Shown: positions 42,271-54,999, counted from the stretch's first letter. The stretch is DNA of 64,000 nucleotides from Eledone cirrhosa (GCA_964016885.1 OZ024742.1:135842001-135906000), one strand, 5' to 3'. The notes: a model not told the origin generated them from the letters alone. Program-made: numbers and translations.

Positions 42271-42710
42271 AAATGCATAGCTTCACAGAACACAGTTTAT
42301 GAACAAGAAGGTACAGCATACATATTCATTTAGTAACCCGAGAAAGATCTAACTCAGTAGGTTTGAGGAATAAAACATTCGAGAAGAACGTACTTCAATT
42401 TGCTGTGAACAGTTCAGTTATGAATGTGGGAATCCATATTATGGTATATCTAAACCGTTTTAACAACTAATCATAGCTTAGAAATCTGGCAAATACCAGT
42501 TATATACGTGAAAATGTGACAAGCGTTCCCTATGAAGAATCGAACTCAATATATTTCAGATACCTGGTTAGGATTAGAGTCTATCAGTCATCTATAAGGG
42601 GTCTACCTGATTTTCTAAGCAGTTTACCAAATGTATTTATAGTTATCTTTCTGCATCTGAGTTTTCTTAGATTTTCTATAAACCGATCAATCTCTCAACG
42701 CTTCGAAAGT

Positions 42711-45250
42711 TCATCATCATCGTTTAACGTCCATTTTCCATGCTTGCATGAGTTAGATGAGTTGTCATGTTATGAGACAAGTCAGGGCCGGAGACGACTT
42801 CCTGCTCATACAGATCTCTATTTTGGCTTGGTTTCTACGGTTGCATGCCCTTCCTAACACCAAACACGTTACAATGTGGACTGAGTGTCTTTTATCGTGG
42901 AACTGAAACAATTAAAGAGTGAACTGGGCGTTTTCTGTCATGTCGCAAAACGATGACCCTACATTGTGGACTGTTTCTTTTTTGTGTCACCAACACGATC
43001 ACCTAACAGCGCTTTTTGTCGTGTCAGCAGCACGATCACTTTACAGTGTGGGGCTGGGCTCTTTTTGTCGTGTCAGCAGTACGACCACCTTGCAGTGTGG
43101 GCTGGGTACTTTTTCTCGTGTCACCATTACGATCAGCTTACAGGATGGAGTGGGTGCTTTTGTTGTTCTGGCACCGGAGCAGCAGACAGGGTGAACTTTG
43201 TGCTTTTTGTCATTGCACGACATCATCGAAGGACAGATGTCAAGCATATCCAGCTTTCATGGGCTGGGCATGTGAGTTGAATCTGTGGGAGGGTGAAGTT
43301 AAGTGAGTTTTTGGTGGAGAGGGGTATCAGTTAGGTGCGTGGGATATTTAATAGGTGTGAGCGGGGTATTAAGGTATGGGGAGGGGGTGCTGGGAAGAAG
43401 CTTGCTGTGGACTAGTTGGACCTTTGCATGTTTGTTTCGTTTCATTTTGTGCACATCCGGGTGAGGGGTCTCCTTACAGCACCAGAGGTTTCGTTTCTAT
43501 GTTATCTCCTTTGTGAGGTTTAAATGGGCAAGGTCAGCTTTTATTACTTCATCCTAAGTTTTCCATATCTGCAATTGATTTTGAGTGGCCGCAATTTTTT
43601 ATACAGTTGCCATCCTCCATACGCATCACATGACCAAAACACCGCAATCTCCTATCCTTTACTCTGCATCTGACCCCTCTTATGCTTAGTTTCTTTCTGT
43701 ATACTGATGCTTTATCGTTCATGCACACTACTATTACACATCCGCCGGAGCATGTGGGCTTCATTTTTTTCCAAACTTCGTAGGTCCGCATACTTGATCG
43801 TATACATGCATCATACCGTCTGTCTTAGCGATAGCAACTCCCTGAACTTTTCCCACCCCGTTCTCACTCTTGCTACTATACTTTCAGAACACCCACTTCC
43901 ACTGTTAATTTCTGTCCCCTCGGTAACAGAAGTGATCGACTACTTCTACGGAGACTTCTAAGCATTTAAAGGGGGTTGTTTCATGTGGGCTCTTGCGCAA
44001 TAATGTTCCTGTGCATTGACCACATACAAAGGCTACATACATTCTTTGATAGCCTGCCTGAGGTCACACTTCATATTTTATATACTCATAGTTTGCATTT
44101 GAAACGTAGGATGGAATTTCTACATACTCCTTCCTGCATAATGAGCAAATCCATTTCTCTGAGGGGATCTGGACCTGTTTTGCTTTCTACTTACTAAAAC
44201 CTTACTCTTTGCCAAGTTGACTTTAAGACCTTTTGATTTTGTCTATGCTTCTATGCTTAGAATGTCTTCTCTAATTATGACATAGATTCGGCTATAAGGG
44301 TTAAACCATCTGCATATAGGAGTTCCTATTGACAGTCAGTTTTAAACACCGCTGTTATAGCCTACAGGATAATAATAAAGAGAAGGGGCTACGAACAGAT
44401 TCCCGATGGACCCCTAAATGCACGCTGAATTCTTCGCTATAGTAATTGTTAATCTTAAAATTGCTGACTGCTCCTCTACACATGGCTGTTACTGCTTCGC
44501 CAGCCATTCATCTACTCCTAGTTTTGTAAGAGTCAACCAGATTCTGGCATGAGGCATTCTGTCCAAAGCTTTCTCCAGGTCAATAAAAGCCAAGTAGAGA
44601 GGCGTAATTTTAGCTAATCACTTCTCCTGTAGTTGCCTCACGAGGAAGAGGGCATCAGTGGTAATTTTACCTTGCACAACTCCAAACTTCATCTCATCAA
44701 TATTAACATAATCCCTAATCAACTGTGATATAACTCTTTCTGTGACATTCGTGACCCAATGTTACTAATGTTTTCTTTATTTAGTGCATCTTTTTCGCTC
44801 TTGTGGCAGTTGACATTGATGCTGCTATGTCAGTCATTGGATAGGACACCATTTACTATTGCTTGTTTTACAATATGAGTGGCTAAGGTGTGACCCACCA
44901 TCCCAGATTCTTTCAGCATCTTATCGACTATCACCGATGGGTTGGCTGCTTTCCCGTTTTCATATCCTTAAACTGCCTTTGTTGCTATGCTGCTGGTGAC
45001 TTGTACGGCTGGACTCTCTGTTGGCTCCACTTGGGGTAGACTATTTTGCTCTCATGTATTTTCCTCATTTAGTAGCCGTTCATAATGGCACTTCCATGTA
45101 ACTTTCTTTTCAGCGTCGATGAGGGCAAAGTGCGCCATTATCATCTCAAACACACTTCTCTCCAACATTACAATTTTCCTTGACACTCTGATTCTTGAAC
45201 ACCTCACGTATTTGTTCTTTACGTCGAAAACATGCTGAAATTTGTTATTT
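42711..45250 (-). mobile_element. Decayed RTE-clade LINE (RT region and 3' UTR)
   Basis: Fragments WKCHYERLLNEENT, YLAFIDLEKALDR, SPLLFIII, ELLYADGL, GLKVNLAK, RRLRCFGHVMRME; tail ..GGACGTTAAACGATGATGATGA. Confidence 0.75.
42876..43172. repeat. Degenerate ~48-bp minisatellite (about 6-7 units) in the RTE 3' region
   Basis: Recurring GTGGRCTGGG..TTTTT.TCGTGTCA.CA.YACGAYCAC.TT.CA. Confidence 0.7.
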
Positions 45251-45542
45251 TCTATATATATGTGTGTAGGAGAGAGAGAGGGGGAGAGAGTGTGAGTGTG
45301 TGTGTATGTGTGTGTGAGTGTGTGTATGTGTGTACGTGTGTGTGTGTGTATGTGTGTGTGTGAGTGTGTGTGAGTGTGTGTGCTGATACAAAAAGCCAAG
45401 AAAAATATTCAATGTATTTGCTAGGGTTTCTTGTTTCAAAGGTGAATAATATATTTCTCATTATCTTAGGTTCTTCCACCATTTTTCTTTCAGTCACTGT
45501 GCTTTCTCAGTGATTTCTCTTGTTTAACCCCTTATAAATCTC

Positions 45543-45631
<89 letters not shown>

Positions 45632-46650
45632 CTCTCTCTCTCTCTCTCGCTCTTTCTTTCTCTCTCACACTCATTCACTCTCTCTTTCTCGCTCTCAACC
45701 TTTTGTTTTCATTATCTCCCTATTACTTTCTTCCTTTCTGTCTCTCCCCCTTTCTCCTTCCCTGTCACTCACACCCTCTCTTTACCTCTTTCACTCGTTC
45801 TCAAGTAATCTATAGTACTCCCCTCTCTTAAACAACCATCACGGATTTTCAAGACATCGTGACAGACAACAGATGTTACATTTTAAGAAACATTGTCTGT
45901 TGATGGCCATGGGGGTGAGACTTTCTTTTCTACTTTTCTGCTTCATTTTCTTTTTATTTCTTTATATTTTTATTTTTTTTAAATTGTGTAGCATGTTTAT
46001 TTTTAGTTTTAATGGTTTGTCTTTATAGATAAAGGTCCAATGCCAACAGTCCTTGTTTTGTCTCTTGGAATCATAATGATTATTGTAAAGAGAGATAAAT
46101 TATACATATAAGGTGTAACTTGTTCGGTTACTTTTTCTGCCAAGGCGGGGTGGGCGTACATGTCAATGATGGGAGTGGAGATTCTAAAGGTTAATAGAAT
46201 ACGAGTATGATATATTAAGTATTGGATATTGACGGGGAGGGAGCGATGTTTAAAAGGATTACTTGAATAACGCCACAACACTGCAATCAATATCACCAAC
46301 AACATAATCATGTTCAACATCTTTCTCCAATTTGTCATCAGAGGATTTATATCTATTTGGCTTTTTAAAATCACACTTCGCTTGCACACATACACACACA
46401 TACACGCATACTTCCACACATTCATAAATACAGACATATACGCATACATACATAATACATACATACATAATACACATACATACACAAATGGTCACCCGGG
46501 AAGGTGACCAATCAAATAAACTTGAAATTAAGGATAAGAGACAAACACATAATAGACATACATACATACACACATATACCTACATTCATCCATACATACA
46601 TATATACATACATATATACATAAATGCATGCATTCATACATACACACATA

Positions 46651-47236
46651 TGGTGGCTGCCAACTCGTTTTCGAGTACGGCCACTACTTTATATCCATGT
46701 AGGACAACCCCTACCGATGCGCTGAACGAGTGTGACTTTTTAGTCCAGCCAGCGACTTGAAAACTCTGGTACAAACACTACACTTGTGACAATTATTGAC
46801 ACATAGTGCTGGGCCCATGGTACCATGTGACAACAAGTGCAGAGAGATCTCCAGATATAAAGCAATGCCTGTGCCGTGAAGCTTTTATAGTGAGCAAAGG
46901 CACTGCACAAAGCCAGTCCCACTCTCTTAACCAAGATGATATTTACCAAAAAGAAGAACAAGTCAACATCATTGGATACCATCAGGGCTGCAGGTGTTAT
47001 ATCAGAGTTTTCCTTCTCCTAGAATTCTGCCTTGACAAAGGCTAAGAGGTCATCTCTCCCGGTGATTTTGGATGGCCATTGACTCTTAAGAGCTCCTTTG
47101 TTGGTGCTACTGGTAACATGTATCCCAGTACAACCTGTCTCATGGTCGGGTCATTGGCGACTAAACTGGCAACCCCACCAAGGTCGCTTGGTGAGGAGGG
47201 TGACTTTGGACATCTTGCAGGACTAAAAACAAAACC
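46651..47236 (-). mobile_element. Non-autonomous RTE-like derivative with inverted 5' segment
   Basis: 46651-47100 colinear with 63012-63462; 47100-47236 is the inverted 5' part. Confidence 0.8.
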
Positions 47237-47267
47237 CACATATATACGTACATGCATACACACATAC

Positions 47268-47345
<78 letters not shown>

Positions 47346-48071
47346 GCATATATTATATAAACAAACACGATGGCTGTAAACTCTGCTAAGTGTATTGCAA
47401 TCGCTTGTCAGATTCAGATGTGTGACTCTCGGATATGGCTTTTGAAAGCCTGCTAGAGACTTGCAATCCTTCACACATCGACAACTATGGATCTCCCTGG
47501 CCGCAGGTCTTACATCGGGTTGCCTGTGAACATTCACCATACCGTGGAGATCATAGTTAACTGGTTCTCTCTGAACATGGCTGCGGCTGTAGTTTCTGAG
47601 ACCAGATTTGTTTTTTCACATACATATATACATACATTCATGCATACATACATACACACAAACACACTCACAAATACACATATAAACAAAACCCCGTAAA
47701 ATTTTAAATGAAACATACTAACACTCTCATTTCAAGGTTTTCGGGATTTTAAAGGAAGTCTCTATAATTGGCTGTTGTTGCTGTTGTTGATGTTATGGCA
47801 TTGTGTCTTTCGTAATAGAATAGACTTATGATGAATTATGTTCTATACTTGACCAAAATATATTACGTAGAGCAGTGCACCTAGAAACTCATTATTCATT
47901 GTGTCATTTTTCCCCATTATTCACAATATCGTTTCTCTTTCCATCTCTTTCTCACATATGCATACATACAATATATATATATATATATATATGTATATAT
48001 GGGGGGGGGGGGGTATTCGGATTTAGCTGTCGAAACGACCGGAGCTTAGCCGTCGTGATCCTGACACTTTT

Positions 48072-48182
<111 letters not shown>

Positions 48183-48808
48183 AAAAATGCTGAACTGTGT
48201 TGTTGCAAATATGATATATATAATAAAGAATTAGAAATAGAAGCCATGACTATCCATCATCAGTGGTCTACTTGCCATCATAGGTATTTCTTCGCATTAC
48301 AGACCATATACCTCCGGCTAGGGCAATACAATAACTAAATTAAGTTATTGGGATAAAAAGAGTCGGGCGGAGAAAGAGAGACAGGTAAACAAACACGAAT
48401 GGTGAGGCAACGTAAAGAGAGGAAAAAATGAGAAAATCAAGTCAATGATTCATTTTGAACATAAGAACGTGGGAATATTGACGAGAAGGCAAAAGACACA
48501 TCTTCGCCGTGCGAATGTGAGCGAGGAAAGAATTCGGTACGGTGTGAGACGATGGGGGAAGTGGGAGAGAGGGTGAGTAGCAGAGAGTGAGTGAGTGAGT
48601 GAAAGTGTGAGGAAGAGGCTAGCCGAGAGAGGGTGACTAGCAGAGGGGGTGAGTGAAAGTAAGAGAGAGAAGGAGAGAGAAGGGGGAGAGAGAAAGAGGA
48701 TAGCAGTAAGGGAAGAGAAAAAGACAGGTCACAGCGAAGGGGAAAGCATATATGAATGAAAAATTGTGAGCTGTGTTGTTGCAAATATGATATGATATGA
48801 TATATATA

Positions 48809-48866
<58 letters not shown>

Positions 48867-48912
48867 AGACACAAAGCAGGCTTTGTTTAGAGACGGCTTG
48901 CGAATTTGAAAT

Positions 48913-49059
48913 TTAGGTAATAACACGAGCTTACGCCGTATTTGACTATATAGAATTAGTCTGTTAGTTGGGATTTTAAAAAAGAGGGTTTTTTTTTAAA
49001 TCCCAACTAACAGACTAATTCTATATAGTCAAATACGGCGTAAGCACATGTTATTACCT

Positions 49060-49061
<2 letters not shown>
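48913..49061. repeat. Near-perfect inverted repeat (~70-bp arms) between (TA)n tracts
   Basis: TTAGGTAATAACA..GCTTACGCCGTATTTGACTATATAGAATTAGTCTGTTAGTTGGGATTT / reverse complement. Confidence 0.9.
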
Positions 49062-49120
<59 letters not shown>

Positions 49121-49564
49121 ACAGATTAAAGTTTAAGCAAAGAATCGCTGCTTTCACCCTTAACGGGATCTTCTGAAACTAACAAAGTCAATCTGTAAAC
49201 GCAGAAGTGGATATTTCAAAAAACGTTGCAACCGGAGGAAGACAGGAAGACGATACTTTGGTTCGTGGAAACGTTCCCTGGCAAAGAACGGGAAAAAACG
49301 AATATAATACGTCATTAATAGGAGCGGTGAAAAACAATTACGCGCAAAGACAGAACCACGTTTATGGTATAAAAGAAATCGTAGACTAATGTTCTCTTAG
49401 GTGGTTTTCTACAGCTAAGTTCGGCTCTAGCTTTCGAAAAGGCAGGAGCTCAGTCGTTGGGGTCCTGACACTTTTCCTATTACGTACGCTACTACCCTAA
49501 GTTTTGAGTACACTGGAGCGTTATGGTCCACCTGGTATCAAACCACACAACCTTTGCTATATAC

Positions 49565-50604
49565 TGTGTATAAAACTATGGATTATATACAAGTTTCTAC
49601 ATAACTTGGAAATTATTTATCCCAAATTGTAGAAATCTTATAACGAAACGGCCGTCTGGAAGGAAAGAGATATTTATTTAATAATGTCTCATATAAAATA
49701 ATACAACCAGCTATCCACGAAATACTGATGAGTTAGCACCCCAAACACTACATTGGGATAATACTTAGGTTTATACTAATGTTTGTTGAGTGAGATGGAA
49801 TTGGTCGGAATATCGCTTAAGGCCTTCTCTGTTTATGTATTGAATATATACTCATGGTGGCCTGATATGATTTCCAGATATAAGGTATGACTCTCTTTAT
49901 TATTATTATTTTTTATATGAAACACTGATTGATCTTCCTTGTATCCCATGTCTGATTTATCCCTTAGAGAATGGCTATGTGTATGTATGGGTGATCCACA
50001 CATGTATTTATTATGTTTTAATATCTCTGAGTCTGCATTGGTTATGTATACATATAGTTATTCTTTTAATATCCAATTGAGTTCTTATACACGTGGTTAA
50101 TACCTAACAGGTTTAAATGACCAGCGTGTATATTGTTTTATTTTAAGATGACCTCCCTTTACTCTTTTGGGGACAGCGTTATTTTTTATCTTTGGTTGAC
50201 TGCTGGATTTCCTAATCTACAGTCTCTTTTTAGCGCTGAGGGAGACCATCACCATTCTATTAATGTCGATATAATTCTTATATCGATATTATTTGGGCAT
50301 CCACTGATGAGTTTATAAGAACCCGCTTGTGTATAAAACTATGGATTATATACAAGTTTCTACATAATCTGGAAATTATTTATCCCAAATTGTAGAAATC
50401 TTATAACGAAACGGCCGTCTGGAAGGAAAGAGATATTTATTTAATAATGTCTCATATAAAATAATACAACAGCTATCCACGAAATACTGATTAGTTAGCA
50501 CCCCAAACACTACATTGGGATAATACTTAGGTATATCCTTATGTTTGTTGAGTGAGATGGAGTTAGTCGGAGTATCGCTTAAGGCCTTCTCTGTTTATGT
50601 ATTG
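49565..50604 (+). mobile_element. Non-coding hammerhead-bearing partial tandem repeat (763-bp period); retrozyme-like or non-autonomous Penelope-like
   Basis: 49565-49842 repeats at 50328-50604; complete hammerhead at 50300-50423; ends at (TA)n; no credible ORF. Confidence 0.7.
50300..50423 (+). ncRNA. Type I hammerhead ribozyme with branched, extended stem II
   Basis: TCCA-CTGATGA-GTTTATAAGA...TCTTATAAC-GAAAC-GGCC-GTC-TGGA; all core nucleotides canonical; GTC cleavage triplet ends at 50419. Confidence 0.85.
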
Positions 50605-50784
50605 TATATATATATAGAGAGAGAAATATTAAAACAATGAAATTAAACACAAAACGATTATTTCATAGTAAAACTCATTATTTTACGATTGTTTCTGGGG
50701 GTAGTTCCCCGTATGTCCATTCAATTATTCATCTATGTAAAATATTACAAAATATCATAGTAAGAAAAAATACATACGTCTTCA

Positions 50785-51027
50785 CTACAAAATACATACG
50801 TCTTGTGAAGACGTATGTATTTTTTCTTACTAGGGTTATCTGCAGAATGACCCCGGAATAAAAAAAAAACCATACGCTCATATATAAAAAAACACTCCCC
50901 GATTACTAATCTATGAACCTGTAAAGTTTCATGAAAATCCGTCGTAAGGTGTAGGCCCCTATAGGTAATACACAGACACATAGACCACACACACACAGAC
51001 ACATACTTAATTTTATATATATACAGA
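50785..51027 (-). mobile_element. Non-autonomous Helitron-like element
   Basis: Minus strand starts A|TCTGTATATATATAAAA, then (GTCT/GT) repeats and GGATTTTCATGAAACTTT, ends in hairpin AATACATACGTCTT-CAC-AAGACGTATGTATT followed by GTAG|T (CTAG-like). Confidence 0.55.
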
Positions 51028-51252
51028 TGTATGTATATATAGTTTACAATAAATCGTTTTCGAATAAGAAAACAGATAAGAGTAGGTGAAGAAGTTATTA
51101 CAGCTCAAAATATGAAATTTATTACAGTAAACTACTTAGAAGGCTACATACAATTCAATTTCTATGAAATCCTTATTTTAGACCTTTATGTAAACTCATA
51201 GAGCAAATATTACATTGAAAAGAAGATCAAATACTGTTAATTGTATTATATT

Positions 51253-51349
51253 TTAATTAACGAACGTTTCTTCAACATCTTAAGCAAATGTATAATCAAT
51301 TATTAGTTAATTAATTACATGAACAAAAGATTGGATTCATCAAAATTAA
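51253..51349 (-). ncRNA. Degenerate type I hammerhead (C3>T)
   Basis: TTAATT-TTGATGA-atccaatctt...aagatgttgaa-GAAAC-GTTC-GTT-AATTAA. Confidence 0.5.
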
Positions 51350-51361
51350 TAAAAAGATTAC

Positions 51362-51435
51362 AATAAACATTTTCCCTCTTCGAATCGTTTTGCATAACAT
51401 CTTGCAAAGTGATTCGAAGAGGGAAAATGTTTATT
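51362..51435. repeat. Inverted repeat (~33-bp arms) next to (TA)n
   Basis: AATAAACATTTTCCCTCTTCGAATCGTTTTGCA / TGCAAAGTGATTCGAAGAGGGAAAATGTTTATT. Confidence 0.85.
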
Positions 51436-51454
51436 ACATTTTTGTTGTTGTCTT

Positions 51455-51563
<109 letters not shown>

Positions 51564-51874
51564 CAAATGGAAGTTCAGTAAATCGAAGCCCTGGCTGTGG
51601 CCAAGCTAACGATATGCAATCCGGAATGTGCAGCAAAGCACTCGATAAGGTAGTGTCACCTTAGAATAATAACATACGTTTAGAAAGCTTGACAAATTGA
51701 AGACTGCGGCCGGTGAGCCAGCCACAAGGACCAAAGCAACGGGAATATGTATATATATATATATATATATATACATACATACAGAGAAAGAGAGAGAGAG
51801 ATACTAACGCTGGATCTCCCCATTCATTGAGTACTCCCATGATTAGTGATCTCCCCGTCTCAGCACCCTAGACT

Positions 51875-51970
<96 letters not shown>

Positions 51971-52499
51971 CGCGCGCACGCCAACGCATACATAACAGAG
52001 ACTGTGGGTGATAGAGAGATGAAGTTTATCTCCCTCGGTACTCCGTGATTCCTGTTCCGAGGAATAGTAGGTTTATTTTCGAGTTATGCATTAAACTTCA
52101 TATTTTTCATCTCCCACTCTTTCTCTCTCTCTCTCTCTCTCTCTCATTGTATGCGCATACCATAAAGCAAATACCGCACATATACGGGATACATATATAT
52201 TAACATACATACATGGTACCCTTAACTCCTGATAGAGTAACGGGGCGGTGTTGTGGCATACAGCGTTTCTAGGGCATTTTAAGCCTGGCGGAACCCACTC
52301 CCACCCTTGGTCTAAACAGAGAAAATTGGTTCCAGAGAAGCATAGAAATTGAGAGAGGGGAAGTGAGAAAAAATAGACTCCAGTAATAGATTGGTACTTT
52401 TTTAGCGACCTCAAAAGGATGTAAGACAAATCTGTCACCGTCAGGATTTGTGTTGAAATCGCACGGGTGACAAATTTGCCTGCCATCCTTTCGAGGACG

Positions 52500-52556
<57 letters not shown>

Positions 52557-52904
52557 GTGCGTTGTAAGATATTTCAACTAGAAAGATCCGAGGAAAAGAA
52601 TATTTGTTTATTAATGTGTTTATATGTATGTATGGTCCCGTAAATTCCGAGGGTGTTGTAGGGAGACCGTATTGACATGTGGAGTTTCTACGCCATTTTT
52701 TAAAACCTGGCGTAGCCATCACCTCTCCAGGTTTTGATATAACAGAGAAGAATACAGAGTGAAAGAATGGAAGTGTGAAGCAAATATAGAGAAAGACTCG
52801 ACCCCAGTGTGTGTGTGCATGTGACAGCTCACACCTATGCAGGTTTAGCTGGCCTCCTCCGAGGTATATCTCGTTGGATGTGTCTTGGATAATTTAATGA
52901 CAGG

Positions 52905-53062
52905 GACCCCAGTCTTATCACCTCATTTCTACAGCTGAGTAAACTGGAGCAATGTGAAATAAAGTGTTTTGCTCAAGGAAACAACACATCACCCGGTCCG
53001 AGAATTGAACTCACAACCTTTCGATTGCAAACCCAATGCTATAACCACTAAGCCATGCGCCT
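52905..53062 (-). mobile_element. tRNA-derived SINE (family B); diverged copy at ~57465-57570 (+)
   Basis: GGCGCATGGCTTAGTGG (A box)..GAGTTCAATTCT (B box)..CCTTGAGCAAAACACTTTATTTCAC body. Confidence 0.75.
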
Positions 53063-53067
53063 TAACA

Positions 53068-53226
53068 ATCGACACCAGTACTGAATTGGTACTTTATTTT
53101 ATCGACCTCCATAGGATGAAAGGCAAAACTTACCTCAGGTGGATTTGAACTCAGAAAGCAAAGAGCTGGAAGAAATACTGCAAAGCTTTCTATCCAACGC
53201 TCTAACGATTCTGCCAATTCACCGCC
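53068..53226 (-). mobile_element. SINE family A, related subfamily
   Basis: Family motifs; 5' end GGCGGTGAATTGGCAGAATCG. Confidence 0.8.
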
Positions 53227-53639
53227 TACATACATATATACATAAACAAATATATGCAGTGTCTTGTTAGATATTTCAACTAGAAAGATCGTGCTGTGTA
53301 TCAGAGGAAGAGAACATTTCTTAATTAATGTGTTTTTATATATTATAGTTTATAGTTTAAACAGTTTCTATTCTCAAGTTTCATGTTGGCAAAGTGTAAC
53401 ATCCAGATGGCAATCTTCCACCCAAAGGTTGCTCTTATTTAACTGGAAACTCAATTAATGAAGCTTTGAAACGTTACATATTAACACACATATATGCACA
53501 CAAACACGCACACATACAGACACATACACACACATACACACAATCACACATAATATACAAATAGACATCCTTGAACTCACACATGTGAGGGATGTTTAAA
53601 TGTGAGCGCGTTTCTCTTTTCGACACAATAGAATGCAAC

Positions 53640-53734
<95 letters not shown>

Positions 53735-53824
53735 TTGTGTGCTTAGATAACTATGTGATTAAATCTTTACCATATTCTCACATGGGTACCTATGTGAATA
53801 ACATCTCTTTCCGTTTCCTAGTGA

Positions 53825-53893
<69 letters not shown>

Positions 53894-54315
53894 CATATAT
53901 ATATAAATATATACATATATGTATATATATACATACATTTATATATATATATATATATATATAATTATATAGATAGTTGTGTGTACGCGCATGCGCGTGT
54001 GTGAGAGTCCGTGGTGTTATTTGTATATGTGTACATACATACATTCATTTCATAGACTATATGCATGTATAGAGATAAATAATGATCGAACATTCTGAGA
54101 TGGAGACATAAACATGTCAGTACTCAATAAAGAAAATATCGTTACCACCGCAAAAAATAGATAAGGATGAATTTCTGATTAGTTGTAGGTGTTGGAAGAC
54201 CAACGTTTTTGAGACTTTGCCAGCAAGACACCGACGAACGTGGACGGTTTCAAATCCTGGAAATACCCGTCCATATAATGTACATCGAATGCTCTGTAGC
54301 GGACTTTATTATAAT

Positions 54316-54503
54316 TGTTTCTACTTTAGACACAAGGCCAGCAATTACCCAGTGCATTACTGGTACTTTATTTTATCGACCCCGTAAGGATGAAAGGCAA
54401 AGTCAACCTCGGCGGGATTTGAACTCAGATCGTAAGGGGAGGTAACTCTATGTGTCAAAGCATGGCATCCGACCCTCTACCGATACTGCCAATCCACCGC
54501 CTT
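54316..54503 (-). mobile_element. SINE family A, full length with 16-bp target-site duplication
   Basis: CGGACTTTATTATAAT at 54300-54315 and 54504-54519. Confidence 0.92.
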
Positions 54504-54599
54504 CGGACTTTATTATAATGGTATGATTTCGGCATATTTCTAACCCTTTCATATATTCAGTAAACAATTACAGCACACATCACAAACAATCCAAACGTG

Positions 54600-54795
54600 T
54601 ACACTCTCACCTACAAAAGTCTACACTCTCACCTACAAAAGTCTACACTCTCACCTACAAAAGTCTACACTCTCACCTACAAAAGTCTACACTCTCACCT
54701 ACAAAAGTCTACACTCTCACCTACAAAAGTCTACACTCTCACCTACAAAAGTCTACACTCTCACCTACAAAAGTCTACACTCTCACCTACAAAAG
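54600..54795. repeat. Perfect 22-bp minisatellite (TACACTCTCACCTACAAAAGTC x ~8.9)
   Basis: Directly counted. Confidence 0.95.
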
Positions 54796-54990
54796 AAAGA
54801 ACATCTATGAAAGAACATCACCACTCACAACGGACACATATCTAAAACCAGCAACAATTCATACAGAAAAAAATGAATGCCGAATACCTATGATGACATT
54901 AACAACGAAGCGAAGGAGCTGGCTACTTTTTTGACTGCTTCACCACACACCCCAATCTCACCCTTAAAGCTCACAAACGAAACTTTCTTT
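54796..54990 (+). pseudogene. Very decayed Penelope RT N-terminal fragment
   Basis: Reads DDINNEAKELA and LTLKAHKRNF, resembling the PLE IN.EAK.IA and ITLKDHK.NF motifs. Confidence 0.45.
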
Positions 54991-54999
54991 CCGGCTAGA

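Noticed and set aside
42876-43172. Repeat array superficially CRISPR-like
   Set aside because: Degenerate contiguous units with no unique spacers, eukaryotic context, no cas genes.
49725-49820. Extra CTGATGAG within the 763-bp unit
   Set aside because: No matching GAAA/stem III; mutated to CTGATTAG in the second copy.
54218-54256. Minus-strand GAAACCGTCCACGTTCGTC as a hammerhead 3' half
   Set aside because: Stem III is mismatched and no 5' core was found, even after removing the SINE insertion.
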